Of a DNA stretch of 64,000 bases, positions 1 to 12,892 are shown piece by piece. The stretch lies in the NCBI RefSeq assembly GCF_009914755.1, contig NC_060925.1; one strand, written 5' to 3'. Within the stretch, counting starts at the first letter, position 1, and every line of letters starts with the position of its first letter. Source of the DNA: the human T2T-CHM13v2.0 reference genome, Homo sapiens. The translations under genes were made by a program, and so were the position numbers. The notes below the pieces were generated by a model. That model worked only from the letters and a program-made list of their open reading frames with translations, was not told the origin of the DNA and did not search any database.

Positions 1-567
1 ACTTGAAACACTCTTTTTGTGGAATTTGCAAGTGGAGATTTCAGCCGCGTTGAGGTCAATGGTAGAATAGGAAATATCTTCCTATAGAAACTAGACAGAA
101 TGATTCTCAGAAACTCCTTTGTGATGTGTGCGTTCAACTCACAGAGTTTAACCTTTCTTTTCATAGAGCAGTTAGGAAACACTCTGTTTGTAAAGTCTGC
201 AAGTGGATATTCAGACCTCTTTGAAGCCTTCGATGGAAACGGGATTTCTTCATATTCTGCTAGACAGAAGAATTCTCAGTAACTTCCTTGTGTTGTGTGT
301 ATTCAACTCACAGATTTGAACGATCCTTTACAGAGAGCAGACTTGAAACACTCTTTTTGTGGAATTTGCAAGTGGAGATTTCAGCCGCTTTGAGGTCAAT
401 AGTAGAAAAGGAAATATCTTCGTAGAAAAACTAGACAGAATGATTCTCAGAAACTCCTTTGTGATGTGTGTGTTCAACTCACAGAGTTTAACCTTTCTTT
501 TCATAGAGCAGTTAGTAAACACTCTGTTTATAAAGTCTGCAAGTGGATATTCAGACCCCTTGGAGGC

Positions 568-584
568 CTTCGTTGGAAACGGGA
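568..584 (+). promoter_or_regulatory. CENP-B box (representative copy; recurs every ~340 bp across the window)
   Basis: CTTCGTTGGAAACGGGA matches the canonical 17-bp CENP-B box (core nTTCGnnnnAnnCGGGn). Y dimers carry the variant ending CGGGT. Confidence 0.97.
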
Positions 585-3045
585 TTTCTTCATATTATGC
601 TAGACAGAAGAATTCTCAGTAACTTCCTTGTGTTGTGTGTATTCAACTGACAGAGTTGAACTTTCATTTAGAGAGAGCAGATTTGAAACACTGTTTTTGT
701 GGAATTTGCAAGTGGAGATTTCAAGCGCTTTGGGGCCAAAGGCAGAAAAGGAAATATCTTCGTTTAAAAACTAGACAGAATCATTCTCAGAAACTGCTGC
801 GTGATGTGTGCGTGCAACTCTCAGAGTTTAACTTTTCTTTTCATTCAGCGGTTTGGAAGCACTCTGTTTGTAAAGTCTGCACGTGGATATTTTGACCACT
901 TAGAGGCCTTCGTTGGAAACGGGTTTTTTTCATGTAAGGCTAGACAGAAGAATTCCCAGTAACTTCCTTGTGTTGTGTGCATTCAACTCACAGAGTTGAA
1001 CGTTCCCTTACACAGAGCAGATTTGAAACACTCTATTTGTGCAATTTGCAAGTGTAGATTTCAAGCGCTTTAAGGTCAATGGCAGAAAAGGAAATATCTT
1101 CGTTTCAAAACTAGACAGAATCATTCCCACAAACTGCGTTGTGATGTGTTCGTTCAACTCACAGAGTTTAACCTTTCTGTTCATAGAGCAGTTAGGAAAC
1201 ACTCTGTTTGTAATGTCTGTATGTGGATATTCTGACATCTTGTGGCCTTCGTTGGAAACGGGATTTCTTCATATTCTGCTAGACAGAAGAATTCTCAGTA
1301 ACTTCCTTGTGTTGTGTGTATTCAACTCACAGAGTTGAACGATCCTTTACACAGAGCAGACTTGAAACACTCTTTTTGTGGAATTTGCAAGTGGAGATTT
1401 CAGCCGCTTTGAGGTCAATGGTAGAAAAGGAAATATCTTCGTATAAAGACTAGACAGAATGATTCTCAGAAACTCCTTTGTGATGTGTGCGTTCAACTCA
1501 CAGAGTTTAACTTTTCTTTTCATAGAGCAGTTAGGAAACACTCTGTTTGTAAAGTCTGCAAGTGGATATTCACACCTCTTTGAGGCCTTCGTTGGAAACG
1601 GGATTTCTTCATATTCTGCTAGACAGAGGAATTCTCAGTAACTTCCTTGTGTTGTGTGTATTCAACTCACAGAGTTGAACGATCCTTTACACAGAGCAGA
1701 CTTGAAACACTCTTTTTGTGGAATTTGCAAGTGGAGATTTCAGCCGCTTTGAGGTCAATGGTAGAAAAGGAAATATCTTCTTATAAAGACTAGACAGAAA
1801 GATTCTCAGAAACTCCTTTGTGATGTGTGCGTTCAACTCACAGAGTTTAACTTTTCTTTTCATAGAGCAGTTAGGAAACACTCTGATTGTAAAGTCTGCA
1901 AGTGGATATTCAGACCTCTTTGAGGCCTTCGTTGGAAACGGGATTTCTTCATATTCAGCTAGACAGAATAATTCTCAGTAACTTCCTTGTGTTGTGTGTA
2001 TTCAACTCACAGAGCTGAACGATCCTTTACAGAGAGCAGACTTGAAACACTCTTTTTGTGGAATTTGCAAGTGGAGATTTCAGCCGCTTTGAGGTCAATG
2101 TTAGAATAAGAAATATCTTCCTATAGAAACTAGACAGAATGATTCTCAGAAACTCCTTTGTGATGTGTGTGTTCAACTCACAGAGTTTAACCTTTCTTTT
2201 CATAGAGCAGTTAGTAAACACTCTGTTTATAAAGTCTGCAAGTGGATATTCAGACCCCTTTGAGGCCTTCGTTGGAAACGGGATTTCTTCATATTATGCT
2301 AGACAGAAGAATTCTCAGTAACTTCCTTGTGTTGTGTGTATTCAACTGACAGAGTTGAACTTTCATTTAGAGAGAGCAGATTTGAAACACTGTTTTTGTG
2401 GAATTTGCAAGTGGAGATTTCAAGCGCTTTGGGGCCAAAGGCAGAAAAGGAAATACCTTCGTATAAAAACTAGACAGAATCATTCTCAGAAACTGCTGCG
2501 TGATGTGTGCGTTCAACTCTCAGAGTTTAACTTTTCTTTTCATTCAGCGGTTTGGAAACACTCTGTTTGTAAAGTCTGCACGTGGATATTTTGACCACTT
2601 AGAGGCCTTCGTTGGAAACGGGTTTTCTGCATGTAAGGCTAGACAGAAGAATTCCCAGTAACTTCCTTGTGTTGTGTGCATTCAACTCACAGAGTTGAGC
2701 GTTCCCTTAGACAGAGCAGATTTGAAACACTCTATTTGTGCAATTTGCAAGTGTAGATTTCAAGCGCTTTAAGGTCAATGGCAGAAAAGGAAATATCTTC
2801 GTTTCAAAACTAGACAGAATCATTCCCACAAACTGCGTTGTGATGTGTTCGTTCAACTCACAGAGTTTAACCTTTCTGTTCATAGAGCAGTTAGGAAACA
2901 CTCTGTTTGTAAAGTCTGTAAGTGGATATTCTGACATCTTGTGGCCTTCGTTGGAAACGGGATTTCTTCATATTCTGCTAGACAGAAGAATTCTCAGTAA
3001 CTTCCTTGTGTTGTGTGTATTCAACTCACAGAGTTGAACGATCCT

Positions 3046-5757
3046 TTACACAGAGCAGACTTGAAACACTCTTTTTGTGGAATTTGCAAGTGGAGATTTC
3101 GGCCGCTTTGAGGTCAATGGTAGAAAAGGAAATATCTTCGTATAAAGACTAGACAGAATGATTCTCAGAAACTCCTTTGTGATGTGTGCGTTCAAATCAC
3201 AGAGTTTAACCTTTCTTTTCATAGAGCAGTTAGGAAACACTCTGTAAAGTCTGCAAGTGGATATTCAGACCTCCTTGAGGCCTTCGTTGGAAACGGGATT
3301 TCTTCATATTCTGCTAGACAGAAGAATTCTCAGTAATTTCCTTGTGTTGTGTGTATTCAACTCACAGAGTTGAACGATCCTTTACACAGAGCAGACTTGA
3401 AACACTCTTTTTGTGGAATTTGCAAGTGGAGATTTCAGCCGCTTTGAGGTCAATGGTAGAAAAGTAAATATCTTCGTATAAAAACTAGACAGAACGATTC
3501 TCAGAAACTCCTTTGTGATGTGTGCGTTCAACTCACAGAGTTTAACTTTTCTTTTCATAGAGCAGTTAGGAAACACTCTGTTTGTAAAGTCTGCAAGTGG
3601 ATATTCAGACCTCTTTGAGGCCTTCGTTGGAAACGGGATTTCTTCATATTATGCTAGACAGAATAATTCTCAGTAACTTCCTTGTGTTGTGTGTATTCAA
3701 CTCACAGAGTTGAACGATCCTTTACAGAGAGCAGACTTGAAACACTCTTTTTGTGGAATTTGCAAGTGGAGATTTCAGCCGCTTTGAGGTCAATGGTAGA
3801 ATAGGAAATATCTTCCTACAGAAACTAGGCAGAATGATTCTCATAAACTCCTTTGTGATGTGGGCGTTCAACTCACAGAGTTTAACCTTTCTTTTCATAG
3901 AGCAGTTAGGAAACACTCTGTTTGTAAAGTCTGCAAGTGGATATTCAGACCTCTTTGAGGCCTTCGTTGGAAACGGGATTTCTTCATATTCTGCTAGACA
4001 GAAGAATTCTCAGTAACTTCCTTGTGTTGTGTGTATTCAACTCACAGAGTTGAACGATCCTTTACACAGAGCAGTCTTGAAACACTCTTTTTGTGGAATT
4101 TGCAAGTGGAGATTTCAGCCGCTTTGAGGTCAATGGTAGAAAAGGAAATATCTTCGTATAAAGACTAGACAGAATGTTTCTCAGAAACTCCTTTCTGATG
4201 TGTGCGTTCAACTCGCAGAATTTAAGTTTTCTTTTCATAGAGCAGTTAGGAAACACTCTGTTTGTAAAGTCTGCAAGTGGATATTCAGACCTCTTTGAGG
4301 CCTTCGTTGGAAACGGGATTTCTTCATATTATGCTAGACAGAATAATTCTCAGTAACTTCCTTGTGTTGTGTGTATTCAACTCACAGAGTTGAACGATCC
4401 TTTACACAGAGCAGACTTGAAACACTGTTTTTGTGGAATTTGCAAGTGGAGATTTCGGCCGCTTTGAGGTCAATGGTAGAAAAGGAAATATCTTCGTATA
4501 AAGACTAGACAGAATGATTCTCAGAAACTCCTTTGTGATGTGTGCGTTCAAATCACAGAGTTTAACCTTTCTTTTCATAGAGCAGTTAGGAAACACTCTG
4601 TAAAGTCTGCAAGTGGATATTCAGACCTCCTTGAGGCCTTCGTTGGAAACGGGATTTCTTCATATTCTGCTAGACAGAAGAATTCTCAGTAATTTCCTTG
4701 TGTTGTGTGTATTCAACTCACAGAGTTGAACGATCCTTTACACAGAGCAGACTTGAAACACTCTTTTTGTGGAATTTGCAAGTGGAGATTTCAGCCGCTT
4801 TGAGGTCAATGGTAGAAAAGTAAATATCTTCGTATAAAAACTAGACAGAACGATTCTCAGAAACTCCTTTGTGATGTGTGCGTTCAACTCACAGAGTTTA
4901 ACTTTTCTTTTCATAGAGCAGTTAGGAAACACTCTGTTTGTAAAGTCTGCAAGTGGATATTCAGACCTCTTTGAGGCCTTCGTTGGAAACGGGATTTCTT
5001 CATATTATGCTAGACAGAATAATTCTCAGTAACTTCCTTGTGTTGTGTGTATTCAACTCACAGAGTTGAACGATCCTTTACAGAGAGCAGACTTGAAACA
5101 CTCTTTTTGTGGAATTTGCAAGTGGAGATTTCAGCCGCTTTGAGGTCAATGGTAGAATAGGAAATATCTTCCTACAGAAACTAGGCAGAATGATTCTCAT
5201 AAACTCCTTTGTGATGTGGGCGTTCAACTCACAGAGTTTAACCTTTCTTTTCATAGAGCAGTTAGGAAACACTCTGTTTGTAAAGTCTGCAAGTGGATAT
5301 TCAGACCTCTTTGAGGCCTTCGTTGGAAACGGGATTTCTTCATATTCTGCTAGACAGAAGAATTCTCAGTAACTTCCTTGTGTTGTGTGTATTCAACTCA
5401 CAGAGTTGAACGATCCTTTACACAGAGCAGTCTTGAAACACTCTTTTTGTGGAATTTGCAAGTGGAGATTTCAGCCGCTTTGAGGTCAATGGTAGAAAAG
5501 GAAATATCTTCGTATAAAGACTAGACAGAATGTTTCTCAGAAACTCCTTTCTGATGTGTGCGTTCAACTCGCAGAATTTAAGTTTTCTTTTCATAGAGCA
5601 GTTAGGAAACACTCTGTTTGTAAAGTCTGCAAGTGGATATTCAGACCTCTTTGAGGCCTTCGTTGGAAACGGGATTTCTTCATATTATGCTAGACAGAAT
5701 AATTCTCAGTAACTTCCTTGTGTTGTGTGTATTCAACTCAAAGAGTTGAACGATCCT
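3046..5757 (+). repeat. Tandem duplication of a 1356-bp (4-dimer) unit
   Basis: Private markers (ttcggccg, 4-bp deletion ctctgtaaag, agaacgattc, ctaggcag, gcagtcttga, gcagaatttaag) recur at +1356. ORFs 3046/3382/3722/4062 recur at 4402/4738/5078/5418. Confidence 0.92.
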
Positions 5758-7959
5758 TTACAGAGAGCAGACTTGAAACACTCTTTTTGTGGAATTTGCA
5801 AGTGGAGATTTCAGCCGCTTTGAGGTCAATGGTAGAAAAGGAAATATCTTCGTATAAAGACTAGACAGAATGTTTCTCAGAAACTCCTTTCTGATGTGTG
5901 CGTTCAACTCGCAGAATTTAAGTTTTCTTTTCATAGAGCAGTTAGGAAACACTCTGTTTGTAAAGTCTGCAAGTGGATATTCAAACCTCTTTGAGGCCTT
6001 CGTTGGAAACGGGATTTCTTCATATTATGCTAGACAGAATAATTCTCAGTAACTTCCTTGTGTTGTGTGTATTCAACTCACAGAGTTGAACGATCCTTTA
6101 CAGAGAGCAGACTTGAAACACTTTTTGTGGAATTTGCAAGTGGAGATTTCAGCCGCTTTGGGGTCAAAGGTAGAATAGGAAATATCTTCCTATAGAAACT
6201 AGACAGAATGATTCTCAGAAACTCCTTTGTGATGTGTGCGTTCAACTCACAGAGTTTAACCTTTCTTTTCATAGAGCAGTTAGGAAACACTCTGTTTGTA
6301 AAGTCTGCAAGTGGATATTCAGACCTGCTTGAGGCCTTCGTTGGAAACGGGATTTCTTCATATTATGCTAGACAGAAGAATTCTCAGTAACTTCCTTGTT
6401 TTGTGTGTATTCAACTCACAGAGTTGAACGACCCTTTACAGAGAGCAGACTTGAAACACTCTTTTTGTGGAATTTGCAAGTGGAGATTTCAGCCGCTTGA
6501 GGTCAATGGTAGAAAAGGAAATATCTTCGTAGAAAAACTAGACAGAATGATTCTCAGAAACTCCTTTGTGATGTGTGTGTTCAACTCACAGAGTTTAACC
6601 TTTCTTTTCATAGAGCAGTTAGTAAACACTCTGTTTATAAAGTCTGCAAGTGGATATTCAGACCCCTTTGAGGCCTTCGTTGGAAACGGGATTTCTTCAT
6701 ATTATGCTAGACAGAAGAATTCTCAGTAACTTCCTTGTGTTGTGTGTATTCAACTGACAGAGTTGAACTTTCATTTAGAGAGAGCAGATTTGAAACACTG
6801 TTTTTGTGGAATTTGCAAGTGGAGATTTCAAGCGCTTTGGGGCCAAAGGCAGAAAACGAAATATCTTCGTATAAAAACTAGACAGAAGCATTCTCAGAAA
6901 CTGCTGCGTGATGTGTGCGTTCAACTCTCAGAGTTTAACTTTTCTTTTCATTCAGCGGTTTGGAAACACTCTGTTTGTAAAGTCTGCACGTGGATATTTT
7001 GACCACTTAGAGGCCTTCGTTGGAAACGGGTTTTTTGCAAGTAAGGCTAGACAGAAGAATTCCCAGTAACTTCCTTGTGTTGTGTGCATTCAACTCACAG
7101 AGTTGCGCGTTCCCTTAGACAGAGCAGATTTGAAACACTCTATTTGTGCAATTTGCAAGTGTAGATTTCAAGCGCTTTAAGGTCAATGGCAGAAAAGGAA
7201 ATATCTTCGTTTCAAAACTAGACAGAATCATTCCCACAAACTGCGTTGTGATGTGTTCGTTCAACTCACAGAGTTTAACCTTTCTGTTCATAGAGCAGTT
7301 AGGAAACACTCTGTTTGTAAAGTCTGTAAGTGGATATTCTGACATCTTGTGGCCATCGTTGGAAACGGGATTTCTTCATATTCTGCTAGACAGAAGAATT
7401 CTCAGTAACTTCCTTGTGTTGTGTGTATTCAACTCACAGAGTTGAACGATCCTTTACACAGAGCAGACTTGAAACACTCTTTTTGTGGAATTTGCAAGTG
7501 GAGATTTCAGCCGCTTTGAGGTCAATGGTAGAAAAGGAAATATCTTCGTATAAAGACTAGACAGAATGATTCTCAGAAACTCCTTTGTGATGTGTGCGTT
7601 CAACTCACAGAGTTTAACCTTTCTGTTCATAGAGCAGTTAGGAAACACTCTGTTTGTAAAGTCTGCAAGTGGATATTCAGACCTCCTTGAGGCCTTCGTT
7701 GGAAACGGGATTTCTTCATATTCTGCTAGACAGAAGAATTCTCAGTAACTTCCTTGTGTTGTGTGTATTCAACTCACAGAGTTGAACGATCCTTTACACA
7801 GAGCAGACTTGAAACACTCTTTTTGTGGAATTTGCAAGTGGAGATTTCAGCCGCTTTGAGGTCAATAGTAGAAAAGGAAATATCTTCGTAGAAAAACTAG
7901 ACAGAATGATTCTCAGAAACTCCTTTGTGATGTGTGCGTTCAACTCTCAGAGTTTAACT

Positions 7960-10900
7960 TTTCTTTTCATAGAGCAGTTAGGAAACACTCTGTTTGTAAA
8001 GTCTGCAAGTGGATATTCAGACCGCTTTGAGGCCTTCGTTGAAAACGGGATTTCTTCATATTATGCTAGACAGAATAATTCTCAGTAACTTCCTTGTGTT
8101 GTGTGTATTCAACTCACAGAGTTGAACGATCCTTTACAGAGAGCAGACTTGAAACACTCTTTTTGTGGAATTTGCAAGTGGAGATTTCAGCCGCTTTGAG
8201 GTCAAAGGTAGAATAGGAAATATCTTCCTATAGAAACTAGACAGAATGATTCTCAGAATCTCCTTTGTGATGTGTGCGTTCAACTCACAGAGTTTAACCT
8301 TTCTTTTCATAGAGCAGTTAGGAAACACTCTGTTTGTAAAGTCTGCAGGTGGATATTCAGACCTCTTTGAGGCCTTCGTTGGAAACGGGAATTCTTCATA
8401 TTCTGCTAGACAGAAGAATTCTCAGTAACTTCCTTGTGTTGTGTGCATTCAACTCACAGAGTTGAACGTTCCCTTAGACAGAGCAGATTTGAAACACTCT
8501 ATTTGTGCAATTTGCAAGTGTAGATTTCAAGCGCTTTAAGGTCAATGGCAGAAAAGGAAATATCTTCGTTTCAAAACTAGACAGAATCATTCCCACAAAC
8601 TGCGTTGTGATGTGTTCGTTCAACTCACAGAGTTTAACCTTTCTGTTCATAGAGCAGTTAGGAAACACTCTGTTTGTAAAGTCTGTAAGTGGATATTCTG
8701 ACATCTTGTGGCCTTCGTTGGAAACGGGATTTCTTCATATTCTGCTAGACAGAAGAATTCTCAGTAACTTCCTTGTGTTGTGTGTATTCAACTCACAGAG
8801 TTGAACGATCCTTTACACAGAGCAGACTTGAAACACTCTTTTTGTGGAATTTGCAAGTGGAGATTTCAGCCGCTTTGAGGTCAATGGTAGAAAAGGAAAT
8901 ATCTTCGTATAAAGACTAGACAGAATGATTCTCAGAAACTCCTTTGTGATGTGTGCGTTCAACTCACAGAGTTTAACCTTTCTGTTCATAGAGCAGTTAG
9001 GAAACACTCTGTTTGTAAAGTCTGCAAGTGGATATTCAGACCTCCTTGAGGCCTTCGTTGGAAACGGGATTTCTTCATATTCTGCTAGAGATAAGAATTC
9101 TCAGTAACTTCCTTGTGTTGTGTGTATTCAACTCACAGAGTGGAACGATCCTTTACACAGAGCAGACTTGAAACACTCTTTTTGTGGAATTTGCAAGTGG
9201 AGATTTCAGCCGCTTTGGGGTCAGTGGTAGAAAAGGATATATCTTCGTATAAAGACTACACAGAATGATTCTCAGAAACTCCTTTGTGATGTGTGCGTAC
9301 AACTCACAGAGTTTAACTTTTCTTTTCATAGAGCAGTTAGGAAACACTCTGTTTGTAAAGTCTGCAAGTGGATATTCAGACCTCTTTGAGGCCCTCGTTG
9401 GAAACGGGATTTCTTCATATTCTGCTAGACAGAAGAATTCTCAGTAACTTCCTTGTGTTGTGTGTATTCAACTCACAGAGTTGAACGATCCTTTACACAG
9501 AGCAGACTTGAAACACTCTTTTTGTGGAATTTGCAAGTGGAGATTTCAGCCGCTTTGAGGTCAATGGTAGAAAAGGAAATATCTTCGTATAAAGACTAGA
9601 CAGAATGATTCTCAGAAACTCCTTTGTGATGTGTGCGTTCAACTCACAGAGTTTAACCTTTCTGTTCATAGAGCAGTTAGGAAACACTCTGTTTGTAAAG
9701 TCTGCAAGTGGATATTCAGACCTCCTTGAGGCCTTCGTTGGAAACGGGATTTCTTCATATTCTGCTAGACAGAAGAATTCTCAGTAACTTCCTTGTGTTG
9801 TGTGTATTCAACTCACAGAGTGGAACGATCGTTTACACACGGCAGACTTGAAACACTCTTTTTGTGGAATTTGCAAGTGGAGATTTCAGCCGCTTTGAGG
9901 TCAATGGTAGAAAAGGAAATATCTTCGTATAAAGACTAGACAGAATGATTCTCAGAAACTCCTTTGTGATGTGTGCGTTCAACTCACAGAGTTTAACTTT
10001 TCTTTTCATAGAGCAGTTAGGAAACACTCTGTTTGTAAAGTCTGCAAGTGGATATTCAGACCGCTTTGAGGCCTTCGTTGAAAACGGGATTTCTTCATAT
10101 TATGCTAGACAGAATAATTCTCAGTAACTTCCTTGTGTTGTGTGTATTCAACTCACAGAGTTGAACGATCCTTTACAAAGAGCAGACTTGAAACACTCTT
10201 TTTGTGGAATTTGCAAGTGGAGATTTCAGCCGCTTTGAGGTCAAAGGTAGAATAGGAAATATCTTCCTATAGAAACTAGACAGAATGATTCTCAGAATCT
10301 CCTTTGTGATGTGTGCGTTCAACTCACAGAGTTTAACCTTTCTTTTCATAGAGCAGTTAGGAAACACTCTGTTTGTAAAGTCTGCAAGTGGATATTCAGA
10401 CCTCTATGAGGCCTTCGTTGGAAACGGGAATTCTTCATATTCTGCTAGACAGAAGAATTCTCAGTAACTTCCTTGTGTTGTGTGCATTCAACTCACAGAG
10501 TTGAACGTTCCCTTAGACAGAGCAGATTTGAAACACTCTATTTGTGCAATTTGCAAGTGTAGATTTCAAGCGCTTTAAGGTCAATGGCAGAAAAGGAAAT
10601 ATCTTCGTTTCAAAACTAGACAGAATCATTCCCACAAACTGCGTTGTGATGTGTTCGTTCAACTCACAGAGTTTAACCTTTCTCTTCATAGAGCAGTTAG
10701 GAAACACTCTGTTTGTAAAGTCTGTAAGTGGATATTCTGACATCTTGTGGCCTTCGTTGGAAACGGGATTTCTTCATATTCTGCTAGACAGAAGAATTCT
10801 CAGTAACTTCCTTGTGTTGTGTGTATTCAACTCACAGAGTTGAACGATCCTTTACACAGAGCAGACTTGAAACACTCTTTTTGTGGAATTTGCAAGTGGA

Positions 10901-11530
10901 GATTTCAGCCGCTTTGAGGTCAATGGTAGAAAAGGAAATATCTTCGTATAAAGACTAGACAGAATGATTCTCAGAAACTCCTTTGTGATGTGTGCGTTCA
11001 ACTCACAGAGTTTAACCTTTCTGTTCATAGAGCAGTTAGGAAACACTCTGTTTGTAAAGTCTGCAAGTGGATATTCAGACCTCCTTGAGGCCTTCGTTGG
11101 AAACGGGATTTCTTCATATTCTGCTAGACAGAAGAATTCTCAGTAACTTCCTTGTGTTGTGTGTATTCAACTCACAGAGTTGAACGATCCTTTACACAGA
11201 GCAGACTTGAAACACTCTTTTTGTGGAATTTGCAAGTGGAGATTTCAGCCGCTTTGGGGTCAGTGGTAGAAAAGGATATATCTTCGTATAAAGACTACAC
11301 AGAATGATTCTCAGAAACTCCTTTGTGATGTGTGCGTACAACTCACAGAGTTTAACTTTTCTTTTCATAGAGCAGTTAGGAAACACTCTGTTTGTAAAGT
11401 CTGCAAGTGGATATTCAGACCTCTTTGAGGCCTTCGTTGGAAACGGGATTTCTTCATATTCTGCTAGACAGAAGAATTCTCAGTAACTTCCTTGTGTTGT
11501 GTGTATTCAACTCACAGAGTTGAACGATCC
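7960..11530 (+). repeat. Duplicated block with 2039-bp offset (~7960-9490 vs ~10000-11530)
   Basis: Markers accgctttga...gaaaacggga, cagaatctcc, ggaaacgggaattc and ggggtcagtgg/gactacac/gcgtac recur at +2039 (8134/10173, 8474/10513, 9153/11192). Confidence 0.8.
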
Positions 11531-12892
11531 TTTACACAGAGCAGACTTGAAACACTCTTTTTGTGGAATTTGCAAGTGGAGATTTCAGCCGCTTTGAGGT
11601 CAATGGTAGAATAGGAAATATCTTCCTATAGAAACTAGACAGAATGATTCTCATAATCTCCTTTGTGATGTGTCCGTTCAACTCACAGAGTTTAACCTTC
11701 CTTTTCATAGAGCAGTTAGGAAACACTCTGTTTGTAAAGTCTGCAAGTGGATATTCAGACCTCCTTGAGGCCTTCGTTGGAAACGGGATTTCTTCATATT
11801 CTGCTAGACAGAAGAATTCTCAGTAACTTCCTTGTGTTGTGTTTATTCAACTCACAGAGTTGAACGATCCTTTACACAGAGCAGACTTGAAACACTCTTT
11901 TTGTGGAATTTGCAAGTGGAGATTTCAGCCGCTTTGAGGTCAATGGTAGAAAAGGAAACTATCTTCGTATAAAGACTAGACAGAATGATTCTCAGAAAAT
12001 CCTTTGTGATGTGTGCGTTCAACTCACAGAGTTTAACTTTTCTTTTCATAGAGCAGTTAGGAAACACTCTGTTTGTAAAGTCTGCAAGTGGATATTCAGA
12101 CCTCTTTGAGGCCTTCGTTGGAAAAGAGATTTCTTCATATTATGCTAGACAGAAGAATTCTCAGTAACTTCCTTGTGTTGTGTGTATTCAACTCACAGAG
12201 TTGAACTATCCTTTACAGAGAGCAGACTTGAAACACTCTTTTTGTGGAATTTGCAAGTGGAGATTTCAGCCGCTTTGAGGTCAATGGTAGAATAGGAAAT
12301 ATCTTCCTATAGAAACTAGACAGAATGATTCTCAGAAACTCCTTTGTGATGTGTGCGTTCAACTCACAGAGTTTAACCTTTCTTTTCATAGAGCAGTTAG
12401 GAAACACTCTGTTTGTAATGTCTGCAAGTGGATATTCAGACCTCTTTGAGGCCTTCGTTGGAATCTGTATTTCTTCATATTCTGCTACACAGAAGAATTC
12501 TCAGTAACTTCCTTGTGTTGTGTGTATTCAACTCACAGAGTTGAACGATCCTTTACACAGAGCAGACTTGAAACACTCTTTTTGTAGAATTTCCAAGTGG
12601 AGATTTCAGCCGCTTTGAGGTCAATAGTGGAAAAGGAAATATCTTCGTAGAAAAACTAGACAGAATTATTCTCAGAAACTCCTTTGTGATGTGTGTGTTC
12701 AACTCACAGAGTTTAACCTTTCTTTTCATAGAGCAGTTAGTAAACACTCTGTTTATAAAGTCTGCAAGTGGATATTCAGACCCCTTTGAGGCCTTCGTTG
12801 GAAAAGGGTTTTCTTCATATTATGCTAGACAGAAGAATTCTCAGTAACTTCCTTGTGTTGTGTGTATTCAACTCACAGAGTTGAACGATCCT

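Noticed and set aside
270-275. Periodic EcoRI sites and their loss in gaataattc variants
   Set aside because: This is a long-known property of the 340-bp EcoRI alphoid dimer. The loss is a common SNP, not a separate element.
921-940. T-run after the Y-dimer box (gggttttttt) as a terminator
   Set aside because: There is no preceding hairpin or transcription unit; it is a fixed feature of this monomer class.
8033-8050. Box variants CTTCGTTGAAAACGGGA, CTTCGATGG (228) and CTTCGTGGG (13133) as dead CENP-B boxes
   Set aside because: The changes fall outside the nine core positions, so I did not count them as inactivated.
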